This document shows, in pieces, positions 11,077 to 23,000 of a stretch of 64,000 bases of DNA. The notes beneath the pieces were generated by a model. It saw only the letters and a program-made list of their open reading frames with translations. It did no database searches and had not been told where the DNA came from. Positions within the stretch are counted from its first letter, which is position 1. Each line of letters opens with the position of its first letter. Both the position numbers and the translations under genes were made by a program. The DNA is from Macrostomum hystrix (taxonomy: Eukaryota > Animalia > Platyhelminthes), in assembly GCA_950097015.1 (NCBI GenBank), contig CATNEN010000025.1, positions 8,184,001 through 8,248,000 on the forward strand. Reading direction: 5' to 3'.

Positions 11077-14000
11077 GTCTGTTGGCTGAGCTCTGGAATG
11101 GAAGATCAGTGGGTTGATCGAATGGTAGGTCGGTGGGTTGATCGAATGGTAGGTCAGTGGGTTGATCGAATGGTAGGTCCGTGGGTTGATCGAATGGTAG
11201 GTCAGTGGGTTGATCGAATGGTAGGTCGGTGGGTTGATCGAATGGTAGGTCAGTGGGTTGATCGAATGGTAGGTCGGTGGGTTGATCGAATGGTAGGTCG
11301 GTGGGTTGATCGAATGGTAGGTCGGTGGGTTGATCGAATGGTAGGTCGGTGGGTTGATCGAATGGTAGGTCGGTGGGTTGATCGAATGGTAGGTCAGTGG
11401 GTTGATCGAATGGTAGGTCGGTGGGTTGATCGAATGGTAGGTCAGTGGGTTGATCGAATGGTAGGTCAGTGGGTTGATCGAATGGTAGGTCAGTAGGTTG
11501 ATCGAATGCAGATCAGTGGGTTGATCGAATGGTACGTCGGTGGGTTGATCGAATGGTAGGTCAGTGGGTTGATCGAATGGTAGGTCGGTGGGTTGATCGA
11601 ATGGTACGTCAGTGGGTTGATCGAATGGTAGGTCTGTGGGTTGATCGAATGGTAGATCAGTGGGTTGATCGAATGGTAGGTCAGTGGGTTGATCGAATGG
11701 TAGGTCGGTAGGTTGATCGAATGCAGATCAGTGGGTTGATCGAATGGTACGTCGGTGGGTTGATCGAATGGTAGGTCTGTGGGTTGATCGAATGGTAGAT
11801 CAGTGGGTTGATCGAATGGTAGGTCAGTGGGTTGATCGAATGGTAGGTCAGTAGGTTGATCGAATGCAGATCAGTGGGTTGATCGAATGGTAGATCAGTG
11901 GGTTGATCGAATGCAGATCAGTGGGTTGATCGAATGGTAGATCAGTGGGTTGATCGAATGCAGATCAGTGGGTTGATCGAATGGTAGATCAGTGGGTTGA
12001 TCGAATGGTAGGTCAGTGGGTTGATCGAATGGTAGGTCAGTAGGTTGATCGAATGCAGATCAGTGGGTTGATCGAATGGTACGTCGGTGGGTTGATCGAA
12101 TGGTAGGTCTGTGGGTTGATCGAATGGTAGATCAGTGGGTTGATCGAATGGTAGGTCAGTGGGTTGATCGAATGGTAGGTCAGTAGGTTGATCGAATGCA
12201 GATCAGTGGGTTGATCGAATGGTACGTCGGTGGGTTGATCGAATGGTAGGTCTGTGGGTTGATCGAATGGTAGATCAGTGGGTTGATCGAATGGTAGGTC
12301 AGTGGGTTGATCGAATGGTAGGTCAGTAGGTTGATCGAATGCAGATCAGTGGGTTGATCGAATGGTACGTCGGTGGGTTGATCGAATGGTAGGTCGGTGG
12401 GTTGATCGAATGGTAGATCAGTGAGTTCATCGAATGGTACATCTGTGATTCGATTCAATGACGGATCAGTGAGTCATGGGTCAGAGACATGATGCAGCCA
12501 CTTTGATTCAACCGTATCCGGCAACCCCCATATTTCGTTCTCGTGTTTAACCTTCGTATCAAATTTCTTAATCGTAGAACCAAATGCTTGCAAGTTGTGG
12601 CCAAACACCGTGAGAAAGCTAGCCGGACATTGTGCACTTTGCCTTGTCTTTGTTTTAAAACGAGCTTGGATTCATTATACGAAAAAAACTAACAAACGCA
12701 CACCATTTGGTGACACTAGACCCACAGCCAGCTAGGAGGCAATTCTGCCCGTTTCGCTGACTCCTGAGCACACACGCACACAGATACTGTACGCAGGCAC
12801 AGGCTCACACAGGTGTGTACATCTGCCCTGACTTTATCATCGTCAGACAGTTTACACTTCACTGTGCCTTGGAGGTTAGTCTGAATGTGGCCTGCCGCGG
12901 ATTCGAGCTCAGGAAGGCAGCTCTGCCAACAGCCCCGAACCGACAGCACAGGCCAGCAATCCACCCTGATTTCGCAGAAAATCTCCGGCACCGGAAACGA
13001 GTGGACGGTGCACTCAGTCGGCGAGTCCGAGCGTCGCGCTTTCACCGGCTGGATCAACCGGATGCTCGAGGGCGACGCCGACCTTCGGCACCTGCTGCCG
13101 CTGGCTGATGCCGAGCTGTTCGACAAGCTGACGGACGGTCTTATTCTGTGCAAGCTGGTCAACTGCGCTGTGCCCAACACGGTGCACGACAAGGCCATGA
13201 ACAAGGCGGACTCCGTTGGCAATGCCGGGGGCGTCGCGGCCGCCTATCGACGCCACGAGAACCTCGTCCTGGCTGTCAACTCGGCCGAGTCCATTGGCTG
13301 CTGTGTTGTGAACGTCGGCGCCAAGGATATCAGCGAGCGTCGGCAGCACATTGTGCTGGGCCTGCTATGGCAGATTATTCGCATCGGCCTTGTGAAGGAC
13401 ATCACCTTGGCTCAGCATAGGGAGCTGGTGCGTGACCTGCAGATGTTACCGGAGCTCTGCTGGGCCTTTAGATACAAATAATTGAACTCATCTAGAGGTA
13501 GATGCATCTAAAGTTGGATAGATCTAGAGTTGGATAGATCTAGAGTTGGATAGATCTAGAGTTGGATAGGATCTAGAGTTGGATAGATCTAGAGTTGGAT
13601 AGATCTAGAGTTGGATAGATCTAGAGTTGGATAGATCTAGAGTTGGATAGATCTAGAGTTGGATAGATCTAGAGTTGGATAGATCTAGAGTTGGATAGAT
13701 CTAGAGTTGGATAGATCTAGAGTTGGATAGATCTAGAGTTGGATAGATCTAGAGTTGGATAGATCTAGAGTTGGATAGATCTAGAGTTGGATAGATCTAG
13801 AGTTGGATAGATCTAGAGTTGGATAGATCTAGAGTTGTTTAGATCTAGAGTTGTTTAGATCTACAGTTGGATAGATCTAGAGTTGGATATATCTAGAGTT
13901 GGATATATCTAGAGTTGGATAGATCTAGAGTTGGATAGATCTAGAGTTGGATAGATCTAGAGTTGGATAGATCTAGAGTTGGATAGATCTAGAGTTGGAT

Positions 14001-17000
14001 AGATCTAGAGTTGGATAGATCTAGAGTTGGATAGATCTAGAGTTGGATAGATCTAGAGTTGTTTAGATCTAGAGTTGTTTAGATCTACAGTTGGATAGAT
14101 CTAGAGTTGGATATATCTAGAGTTGGATAGATCTAGAGTTGGATAGATCTAGAGTTGGATAGATCTAGAGTTGGATAGATCTAGAGTTGTTTAGATCTAG
14201 AGTTGTTTAGATCTAGAGTTGGATAGATCTAGAGTTGGATATATCTAGAGTTGGATAGATCTAGAGTTGGATAGATCTAGAGTTGTTTAGATCTAGAGTT
14301 GTTTAGATCTAGAGTTGGATAGATCTAGAGTTGGATAGATCTAGAGTTGGATAGATCTAGAGTTGGATAGATCTAGAGTTGGATAGATCTAGAGTTGGAT
14401 AGATCTACAGTTGGAAAGATCTAGAGTTGGATAGATCTAGAGTTGTTTAGATCTAGAGTTGGATAGATCTAGAGTTGGATAGCTGAATCGGTAGAACAAT
14501 CAATTCAGTTTTTCAGTAGATGCGCAAATCAGCCTACTAAGTAAGTAGAGAACAAGCGTATGCCTGGAATATTTTCAAGCGATCTAAAACGATCAAAATT
14601 CCACCGCGAAGGCGGCGCTGCTTCTGCCAGGCGAAAGCATTGAAGAACTGCGCCAGCTGAGCCCGGAAGAGCTCCTGCTGCGCTGGGTCAACCATCAGCT
14701 GGAGCGGGCCGGCTGCGCCAGACGATTGCGCAACTTCCGCGAGGACATCGAAGACTGCGAGGCCTACGCGTACCTGCTGCCGCAGGTGGCGCCGCTGCAG
14801 CGGAGGTTGACCACCTGACTTTCTGCCCCCAAGTTTTGAAGACCACCTGACTTTCCGCCCTCCCCCTTGGCAAGACCAGAGACTTTCCACCCCTCTCCCC
14901 AGTTCAAAACCACGTGACTTTCCGCCCCACACTAGTTCAGACTATCTATCGATTTCCGCCCCCCATAGTCAAGACCAGTGGCTTTCCGCCCCCCCTTAGT
15001 TCAGACTACGTATCAATTTTGGCCCCCCCCCCCTAGTCAAGACAGTGACTTTCCGCCCCTCCCTACTTAAGACCACGTGACTTTCCACCCACCTAGTTTA
15101 GACTGCCAAAATTTCCGCTCGCTAGTTTAATAAACCCTGGCTTCCCCCCTCCGTAATTGTAGTACGTGTATTGCCCCCCTTAATTCTACGCAAGCAATGC
15201 ACCACTACTTCCGCTCTCTGTCTTCACCCAAACAACCGCCAGGCGGGAGCTGGTTCCAGCCGACCAGGTGCTGTCGCTGCCGCTGTCAGACAAACTATCT
15301 CGGGCCAGTCTAGTGCTGGCCAACGCCGCGAAGCTAGACGCCGCAGTCTTTGTCCAACCGGAGGACGTGGCGGCCGCTAGCGAGGCCGGGCGAAACCGGG
15401 AGAAGCTAAACCTGGCTTTCGTGGCCAACCTGTTCAATCATTACCCGGTGAGGGGCGACCGCACTGTGGATGTCTCCGTGGGGAGCTGATAATCGGGATT
15501 TTTTTTAACTTTATCATTTTTGAATACCAAACTTTGAGAAAAATATATGTCGTGCATAGCGGAATGGAGAGGATAATATCTAATGTGGGGGAGAATTCGA
15601 GATTTTCCCATTGGTGGGAAGAATTTAGGAATATCTCATGAAAGGGAAGATTTAAGGAATATCCAATTAGTGGGAGAATTCGGGATTATCCAATTAGTGG
15701 GAAGAATTCAGGAATAATATCCCAACGGATGGGCTTCATTTATCGATAAATCAATCAATCGAGGCCATGGACTTCGGCGCCAATGGAAGCGGCGACGGAG
15801 TTGGCGGCGATTTCGGCGATCTCGGCGACTCGCTGGAGAGCCTCGAGGAGCGAACCTACCGCAACTGGATGAACAGCCTGGGAGTGAATCCCTACGTGAA
15901 GGATCTGTACTCGGACCTGCGCAATGGCCTAATCCTGCTCAGTCTGCTGGACACCATTCGCCCGGGTGTGGCGCCTTGGCCGAAGGTTTGTCGCCAGTTC
16001 GCCTCAGCCGGCGGCCGTCGACTATTTCAATGGCAGGCCAACTGCAATTACGCGGTTGACTGCGCCCGAACTGTCGGCCTGCCGATGACCAACATCGGCG
16101 CCGAGGACATCCGGGACGGCGACAGGAAGCTGACGTTGGCGATGGCCTTCCAGCTGCTGCGCGCCTACACGCTGAGCATGCTCACCCGGCTGCGTAACGG
16201 GGCCGAGGGAAAACCGATCGAGGATCAGCAGATTCTGGACTGGGCCAATGCCAAACTCGCCTCGGCCGGCAAGAAGAGGCGGCTGGCCGGCTTCAAGGTC
16301 GATGTGGGGAAATAGGCATGGTGTGGGGAAATAGGGAAAGTGTGGGGAAATAGGCATGGTGTGGGGAAATAGGGAAAGTGTGGGGAAATAGGCATGGTGT
16401 GGGGAAATAGGGATGGTTTGGGGAAATAGGGAAAGTGTGGGGAAATGGGGACGGTGTGGGGAAAGGGGGATGGTGTGTGGGATAGAGGATGGTGTGGGGA
16501 AATAGGCATGGTGTGGGGAAATAGGGATGGTGTGGGGAAATAGGCATGGTGTGGGGAAATAGGGATGGTTTGGGGAAATAGGCATGGTGTGGGGAAATAG
16601 GGACGGTGTGGGGAAAGGGGGATGGTGTGTGGGATAGAGGATGGTGTGGGGAAATAGGCATGGTGTGGGGAAATAGGGATGGTGTGGGGAAATAGGCATG
16701 GTGTGGGGAAATAGGGATGGTTTGGGGAAATAGGCATGGTGTGGGGAAATAGGGACGGTGTGGGGAAAGGGGGATGGTGTGTGGGATAGAGGATGGTGTG
16801 GGGAAATAGGCATGGTGTGGGGAAATAGGGATGGTGTGGGGAAATAGGCATGGTGTGGGGAAATAGGGATGGTGTGGGGAAATAGGCATGGTGTGGGGAA
16901 ATAGGGATGGTGTGGGGAAATAGGCGTGGTGTGGGGAAATAGGCATGGTATGGGGAAATAGGGATGGTGAGGGGAAATGGGGATGGTGTGGGGAAATGGG

Positions 17001-17502
17001 GATGGTGTGGGGAAATGGGGATGGTGTGGGGAAATAGGGATGGTGTGTTGGATTGAGGATGGTGTGGGGAAATATAGGGATGCTGTGGGTTCGGTTGTTG
17101 AGTGTATTGACATAGGAATGGCATGGCGGCAACTGAAGAAGAGTGAGTACCTAAAGTGTGGTATGCTGTGATGGGATGCGTGCTGGGTGAAATGGGGAGT
17201 TTAGATTCCAAAAGCGTATTCGGCCTGTCTCACTCATACTGCCCCTGCACCCTGCACCCAGGACGCGAGCATCGCCGATGGCCTAGTGATTCTGGACCTG
17301 CTGGACGCCATCAAGCCGCGCCGAGTGAACTGGTCGGCCGCCGAGGCCGCCGCCGATCCTCTAGATAGGGCCCGCTACATCCTCAGCGCTGCAAGAATGC
17401 TTGGCGGCAGAATCTTTGCCCTGCCCGAGCACGTTGTGCAGGTCAATAAGAACATGATGATGACGCTCTTCGCTTGCCTAATGGTGCTGGATCTGCAACT
17501 CA

Positions 17503-17544
<42 letters not shown>

Positions 17545-17552
17545 GAAACTAG
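10726..17552 (+). CDS. Fim: Plastin/fimbrin (degenerate EF-hand headpiece + 4 CH domains), 6 coding exons, about 674 aa
   Basis: Exons 10726-11076, 12978-13427, 14612-14805, 15243-15447, 15764-16297, 17262-17552; all GT-AG, and phases (0,0,2,0,0) join in frame. Hallmark motifs: [85 protein letters not shown]. Confidence 0.93.
11103..12435. repeat. 24-nt minisatellite (cagtgggttgatcgaatggtaggt) in plastin intron 1
   Basis: About 55 copies, with slightly shorter variants in the 3' half. Confidence 0.96.
12705..12878 (-). mobile_element. SINE family A, internal fragment in plastin intron 1
   Basis: Matches family A from aacctccaaggcacagtg to tagtgtcaccaaatg; both ends missing. Confidence 0.85.
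12978..13427 (+). CDS. Plastin exon 2 (CH1)
   Basis: Acceptor tttcgcag|, donor ctg|gtgcgt; CH1 motifs. Confidence 0.9.
13515..14482. repeat. 16-nt satellite (agttggatagatctag) in plastin intron 2
   Basis: About 60 near-identical copies. Confidence 0.97.
14612..14805 (+). CDS. Plastin exon 3 (CH2 start; absent from ORF track)
   Basis: [61 protein letters not shown]; acceptor cgcgaag|, donor ag|gttgac. Confidence 0.88.
14808..15120. repeat. Degenerate minisatellite, roughly 38 nt (gaccacgtgactttccgccc...) in plastin intron 3
   Basis: About 7 diverged copies starting at the donor. Confidence 0.75.
15243..15447 (+). CDS. Plastin exon 4 (CH2 end)
   Basis: Acceptor ccgccag|, [15 protein letters not shown], donor ccg|gtgagg. 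Confidence 0.9.
15764..16297 (+). CDS. Plastin exon 5 (CH3, CH4 start)
   Basis: [14 protein letters not shown]...[17 protein letters not shown]; donor aag|gtcgat. Confidence 0.92.
16300..17075. repeat. G-rich 20-nt minisatellite (ggcatggtgtggggaaatag) in plastin intron 5
   Basis: About 38 copies starting immediately after the donor. Confidence 0.95.
17262..17552 (+). CDS. Plastin exon 6 (CH4 end + polyQ tail)
   Basis: Acceptor gcacccag|, [19 protein letters not shown]...[13 protein letters not shown] 17550-17552. Confidence 0.92.
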
Positions 17553-17814
17553 ATGAATACTATCGTATCATTCAACCAAAGCTATCAGCAATTATGAGGC
17601 TCATTGAAGAAAATATCTAAACTGTGGTTGTTCACTTAGTTTTTGTTTCTGTCACCGTTTCTTTTGAAGATGCACCTTCAAAGTTGCTAATGCATTACCT
17701 TAAAGTAATCTGTCACTTTACATCACAATCTGTATTTCGGCATACGATATTCCGATACGATATACACTGGACACTCCAACGCGCCATTTTCCCACCCCCT
17801 CCCTTTGCCTTTGT

Positions 17815-18165
17815 GTTCCTTTCTGAAACCTCTGGACAACCCACCCCACAATTCTCTCACCCCTCTCTGTGCCTCTCTGACACCTCTGGACAGCCCACCC
17901 AAATATCTTTACACCCATCTCTGTGTCTCTCTGATACTTCTGGGCAACCCACCCCACCATTCTCTCACCCCTCTCTGTGCCTCTCTGACACCTCTAGACA
18001 ACCCACCCCTATGTTCTCTCACCCCACTCTGTGCCTCTGTGACACCTCTGGACAGCCCACCCCAATATCTTCACACCCCTCTCTGTGCCTCTCTGATACT
18101 TCTGGGCACCCACCCGTATATTTTCTCACCCCTCTCTCAGCCTCTCTGACACCACTGGACACCCA
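17815..18165. repeat. 54-nt minisatellite downstream of plastin
   Basis: ctgtgcctctctgacacc recurs at 54-nt spacing. Confidence 0.85.
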
Positions 18166-19639
18166 GCCCACTATTTTTTCGCTCGTTTCTGTATCTCACA
18201 CTATCGATGAATTTAGCGTCAGTTTTACTTGTAGTATCGCGATTCCTTCTCATTCCAGAAACACGTGTGCTTATCCAGAATAGTTTTATGCTTTAATTTA
18301 ATTTAAACATATACATTTAATAGGCTAGAGTTCACTATTATGCTTCATGTCACCTAGTAAATTAAGAGCTAGTTATCGACCGTACTTTTCTGCCACTCGA
18401 AGTAGCTAAGATCTTTTGTCTCTTTCAAAAATATAATAGGCAAAGATTTATATTTTCACTCTATTAAGACGCACTAAAATATTGAAATATAGAACTAAAA
18501 AACTAAAAAAACGAATGTCCTATCTTTTCATTGCACCATTAGTTCAGACAATTTAGTATATGTGTTGTGTTGGTAAAATATACGAAAATACGAGCGTAGT
18601 TCAGAACTACATTTTTGTTAGAGTTACAGTTCAAATGAGTCTATATAAAATCTACATTAAAGTAACCACTAGCCAAGTGAGAAAAACTGACTTTTAAAAA
18701 ACCTTTGCAAAAAAGGGGCAAATAATATAAATGGCAAATATCAATAAGACAGTAGTGTAACGCAAGTTAGGCGACAGGTGAGATAATTAGTCGTAACCAT
18801 GGATAAACTGTTGCTGTGATGTTCTGTTGCACTCGTTTTTATGAAAATTACTTATGAAAATTACGGTTAATCTGGATAAGATGGGTACCTCAATCGATTA
18901 GATGTGGTGTCGGTGTTGAAATGGCAAGCAGTCATGTCTGTGCCTTGATCGATAAGGTTTGGGGTGGGTGTTAGAAATGGTTAGGGGTTATGTTAGGGCC
19001 TCGATCGATAAGGTGTGGGGTGGGTGTTAAAAATGGCGAGTAGTGATGTCGGTACCTTGATCGATAAGGTGTGGGGTGGGTGTCTAATTGTGGTGCTTGT
19101 TAGAGTAGAAACGCAATCAGAAAATCCATGGTTGAGATTCGAAGAAAAAGTACAATTAAAAAATGTTTTACGCAGCATACGAAACTCAAGAGGTAGATGG
19201 AATATTTTCATTTACATCTTAAATCAACGAAGTACGTACAATCTAAAAATAGCGTATTGGAACGGTTGCCAAGCCAGCCTGAAAAGATGTACCTATTTAA
19301 ACTTTTTTTCTTACTACGAAATTTACACGCTTAAATAAACAAAATTTTTCGTGAATTAACCGCAAATGAACGTAGCTGTTTCTCCCCTGGCATTGAAGGG
19401 CTGGCTTGGCAACGATAAGAATTTCAATAAAAGTGAAATTCAACGCAAAGTAAGAAAATAGGAAACTTTGTCGTTTTTTGCACAAACGACTTGTGTAGGT
19501 AACATAATTTATAGATATTTGATTATAAATATGAACTCTGATTTAACTTTTTTCATGACGCCGATTTGAAATCACGCTCAATTTTAAACAAAAAAGAATC
19601 GACGCAATGTTAAACTCAAATGCTAATTTATATATAGGA

Positions 19640-19750
19640 ATCAATTGCTGCACGGGGCTGTGGGCATGAATTATTTTTGTGACAGTCGACCCGCAGCCAG
19701 CGAGGAGGCGACTCTGCTCCGCTGACTCCTGAGCACACACTCACACAGGG
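19640..19750 (-). mobile_element. SINE family A, 3' fragment downstream of the channel stop codon
   Basis: Reverse complement gtgtgctcaggagtcagc...gcctcctcgctggctgcgggtc...gcccacagccc. Confidence 0.75.
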
Positions 19751-19885
19751 GTTCAAGCTGCTTGTGCGATAGTTCGAGCCGCATAAGCAATTTTTGAACG
19801 TACTTAAAAATGGACAGTAACTTGCGATGGCGACGTGATTGGGTGAAAACTGCATATCAGATTTGAATCAGCCAATCAACTCAGC

Positions 19886-20056
19886 TCAGCCGGGAGTCAT
19901 GAAGATGAAATGGCACCAGTAGCCAGTGAAGAAGATGCTGAAACTCAACGGAAATAAAACTCTGGAGAATTTGTCAATCTTGCGGGCCACCTGGCGGGAT
20001 TCCGGGTCCCATGCCTTCCAGTCGCCATAGGTGTACTCATTCACCAGCTTCTTGGC
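19886..20056 (-). CDS. Cys-loop channel exon 9 (M4)
   Basis: cccttccag| AKKLVN...[27 protein letters not shown]; TGA. Confidence 0.92.
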   Translation of the reverse strand, partial: AKKLVNEYTYGDWKAWDPESRQVARKIDKFSRVLFPLSFSIFFTGYWCHFIFMTPG

Positions 20057-23000
20057 CTGGAAGGGAAGGTGATACGATGGCATTGAAATATTCTAAAAAT
20101 ACTGCAGCAGGTCGCAAGTCTCACCATCAGGGGTGACAGGAACGGATCCTGGGGTCCCTGTCCGCTCTCCTGCTGGCTGCCGTTCAGTTGCCTCTTCGCC
20201 GCCTTCCGAAACCGCCGCGTGACCCGCCGGATCTCATTCCTGGCCATTGTGTTGACCATGGCGAACTCCAGCATGGCTCCGAACACGTACAGCACCGTGA
20301 CGCCCATCCAGATGTCTATGGCCTTGATGTAGGACGCCTTAGGCAGGGTCATCCACAGGCCCATCGACTGAGTGGTCATCGATAGCACGGTCATAACGCC
20401 TGCAGTTTTGATCAGTCTATTGAGAAGTCTTCGTTGATCCCGGATAGGTAATAAAATACATCGGCTCGTGGGTGAGTGACAGAGCGGTCTGACGGGTTTG
20501 CCTCCCGCACCGAGGTCCCTGAGCTTTGAATCCGCGGCTAGGCCACATTCATTTGGGGCGCAGCCGCGGAGAGAAGGCTTGGGGGCTTGTCGTGAAATTT
20601 AAGCCCTTGAGGGCCAACCTCCGAGGCACAGTGAGGGTGTACACTGCCTGACGAGGAGAAAATCAGGCAGATGTACATACCTGTGTGAGTGTGTGTTCAG
20701 GAGTCAGTGGAACGGGCAGAATTTCCTTCTCGATGGCTTGGTTCTACTTTCAACAAATGACGTGCCAGTGCCCGCAGCCCTGCTTACTTAATAATAATAT
20801 TATTAAGTACATCAGTTGAAGCTTGTACCATAGGGTTGTAGCCTGTTTATTTTTAGAAACAATTCAGTCTGTCCTCTCAGTTTGTTCATCAGCCCATCTA
20901 TTTTTAGAAACAATCCAGTCCGTCCCATCAGTTTGTACATCAGCCCATCTATTTTTAGAAACAATTCAGTCCGTCCCATCAGTTTGTTCATCAGCCCATC
21001 TATTTTTAGAAACAATCCAGTCCGTCCCATCAGTTTGTACATCAGCCCATCTATTTTTAGAAACAATCCAGTCCGTCCCATCAGTTTGTTCATCAGCCCA
21101 TCTATTTTTAGAAACAATCCAGTCCGTCCCATCAGTTTGTACATCAGCCCATCTATTTTTAGAAACAATCCAGTCCGTCCCATCAGTCTGTACACCAGCC
21201 CATCTATTTTTAGAAACAATCCAGTCCGTCCCATCAGTCTGTACACCAGCCCATCTATTTTTAGAAACAATCCAGTCTATCCCATCAGTTTGTACATCAG
21301 CCCATCTATTTTTAGAAACAATCCAGCCCAGCGTTTTAGGTTCTACTTGCAGCTCGTCAATTTTTAGGAACAATTGAACAAGCGCTTCGCATTTTAGCTC
21401 GTCACAGCTTTTAGCTCTTATATTTTATTACCGCAGAATGGGACTTCATTATTTACGCTCGAAGCCCAGATTATAAAGCGCAGTTCACAAAATGTGTGTA
21501 AATAAAAAGTTTACTTTAATCTTCCCCATTTGCGTGAATGTACTAGCAGACCTAGAGAGCAGAAGTTTTTTTATCCAACCTGGTGAATAATCCTCTTTGA
21601 TTTCCTCTGCTAAGCCAGGTGTTACTGGCAAGGCATTCTGATAGCTTCTACCCACCTGACACTATCGCAAGTTTTTCCATTACATTATTTTCTAGTCTGT
21701 TTTTCTAAGCTCTTTCGATTATCCGACCTTTGAAATTCGATGCCAGACAGCATGTCATGCGTTTCTCGGCTATCAAGTTGTCAAGCTGCATACCTGACTT
21801 GATTCTGCTTCCCTGTAAGCGTGAAACAATCATTGCTGTGATAAGCTGGACAACTCACCCAGTGAAATTCTGGCCGGAACAGCTTCGATACTGATCCAGA
21901 AGGACACCCAGGACAGGATGACAATAAGTGTGCTGGGCACGTAGTACTGGATTAGATAGACGGCAAATACACGGCGCAGTACGAAGTGTACCCTTAGGCA
22001 AGGAAACTCGCCTGGAATAAAGAGTTAATGTGCAGCGATTCGTGTCTCTTTTAAATTTTCACGCGACAATTAAGAAACAATCCAATCCGTTCCAGCGGTT
22101 TATATGTACAGCCTGTCTATTTTTAGAAACAACAATTTAATCCGTTCCAGTGGTTCATATGTACAGCCTGTCTATTTTTAGAAACAACAATTCAATCCTC
22201 TCCAGCGGTTTCGATGTACAGCCAGCCTATTTTAAGAAACAATTAATTAATCTGCTCCAGTGGTTTAGATGTACTGCGTGTCTATTTTTAATCTTTAAAT
22301 TTCATAGAAATTTAAGCTTGCTTAAGCTAGCTTGGCTTGTTTTCATCTAATAATGAAAAGCATTCTAGCAGTTTAGATGTACAGCCTTTCTATTTTTAGA
22401 ACTAACAACTTAATCCGCTTACTGTTTATATTGTACCGTTTATATTGTATAATTCAATCTGCTCCAGTTGTTTATATGTACAGCATGTCTATTTTTTATA
22501 ATTAATTTTAAATCTAATAATCCAATGCATTCAGCGGTTTAGATGTACAGCCTGTCTATTTTTAGAAACAAAATTCAATCCACTCCAGCGGTTTATATGT
22601 ACAGTCCGTCTATTTTTAGAAACGACAATTCAATCCACTCCAGCGGTTTATATGTACAGTCCGTCTATTTTTAGAAAAGACAATTCAATCCACTCCAGCG
22701 GTTTAGATGTACAGCCTGTCTATTTTAAGAAACAACAATTTAATCCATTCTAGCGTTTTTTATGTAAAGCCTGTCACTTTTTTTAGAAACAGTTCGATAC
22801 TTCACAGCTGTTTTTACATACAGGCTGTCTATTTTCGTCTATATACTTCGTACAATGCATGCTATGAGCTACTTCAGAGTTATTTTTTATAAAAAATGCC
22901 TTGCTTATCTAATCGATTATAATTTTAGATAAAAAGTTCACAGTGTAAACAATTATTAATTGGTAACTTGCAGTTTGCTGTAAGTGTAAGCTAAGCTATA

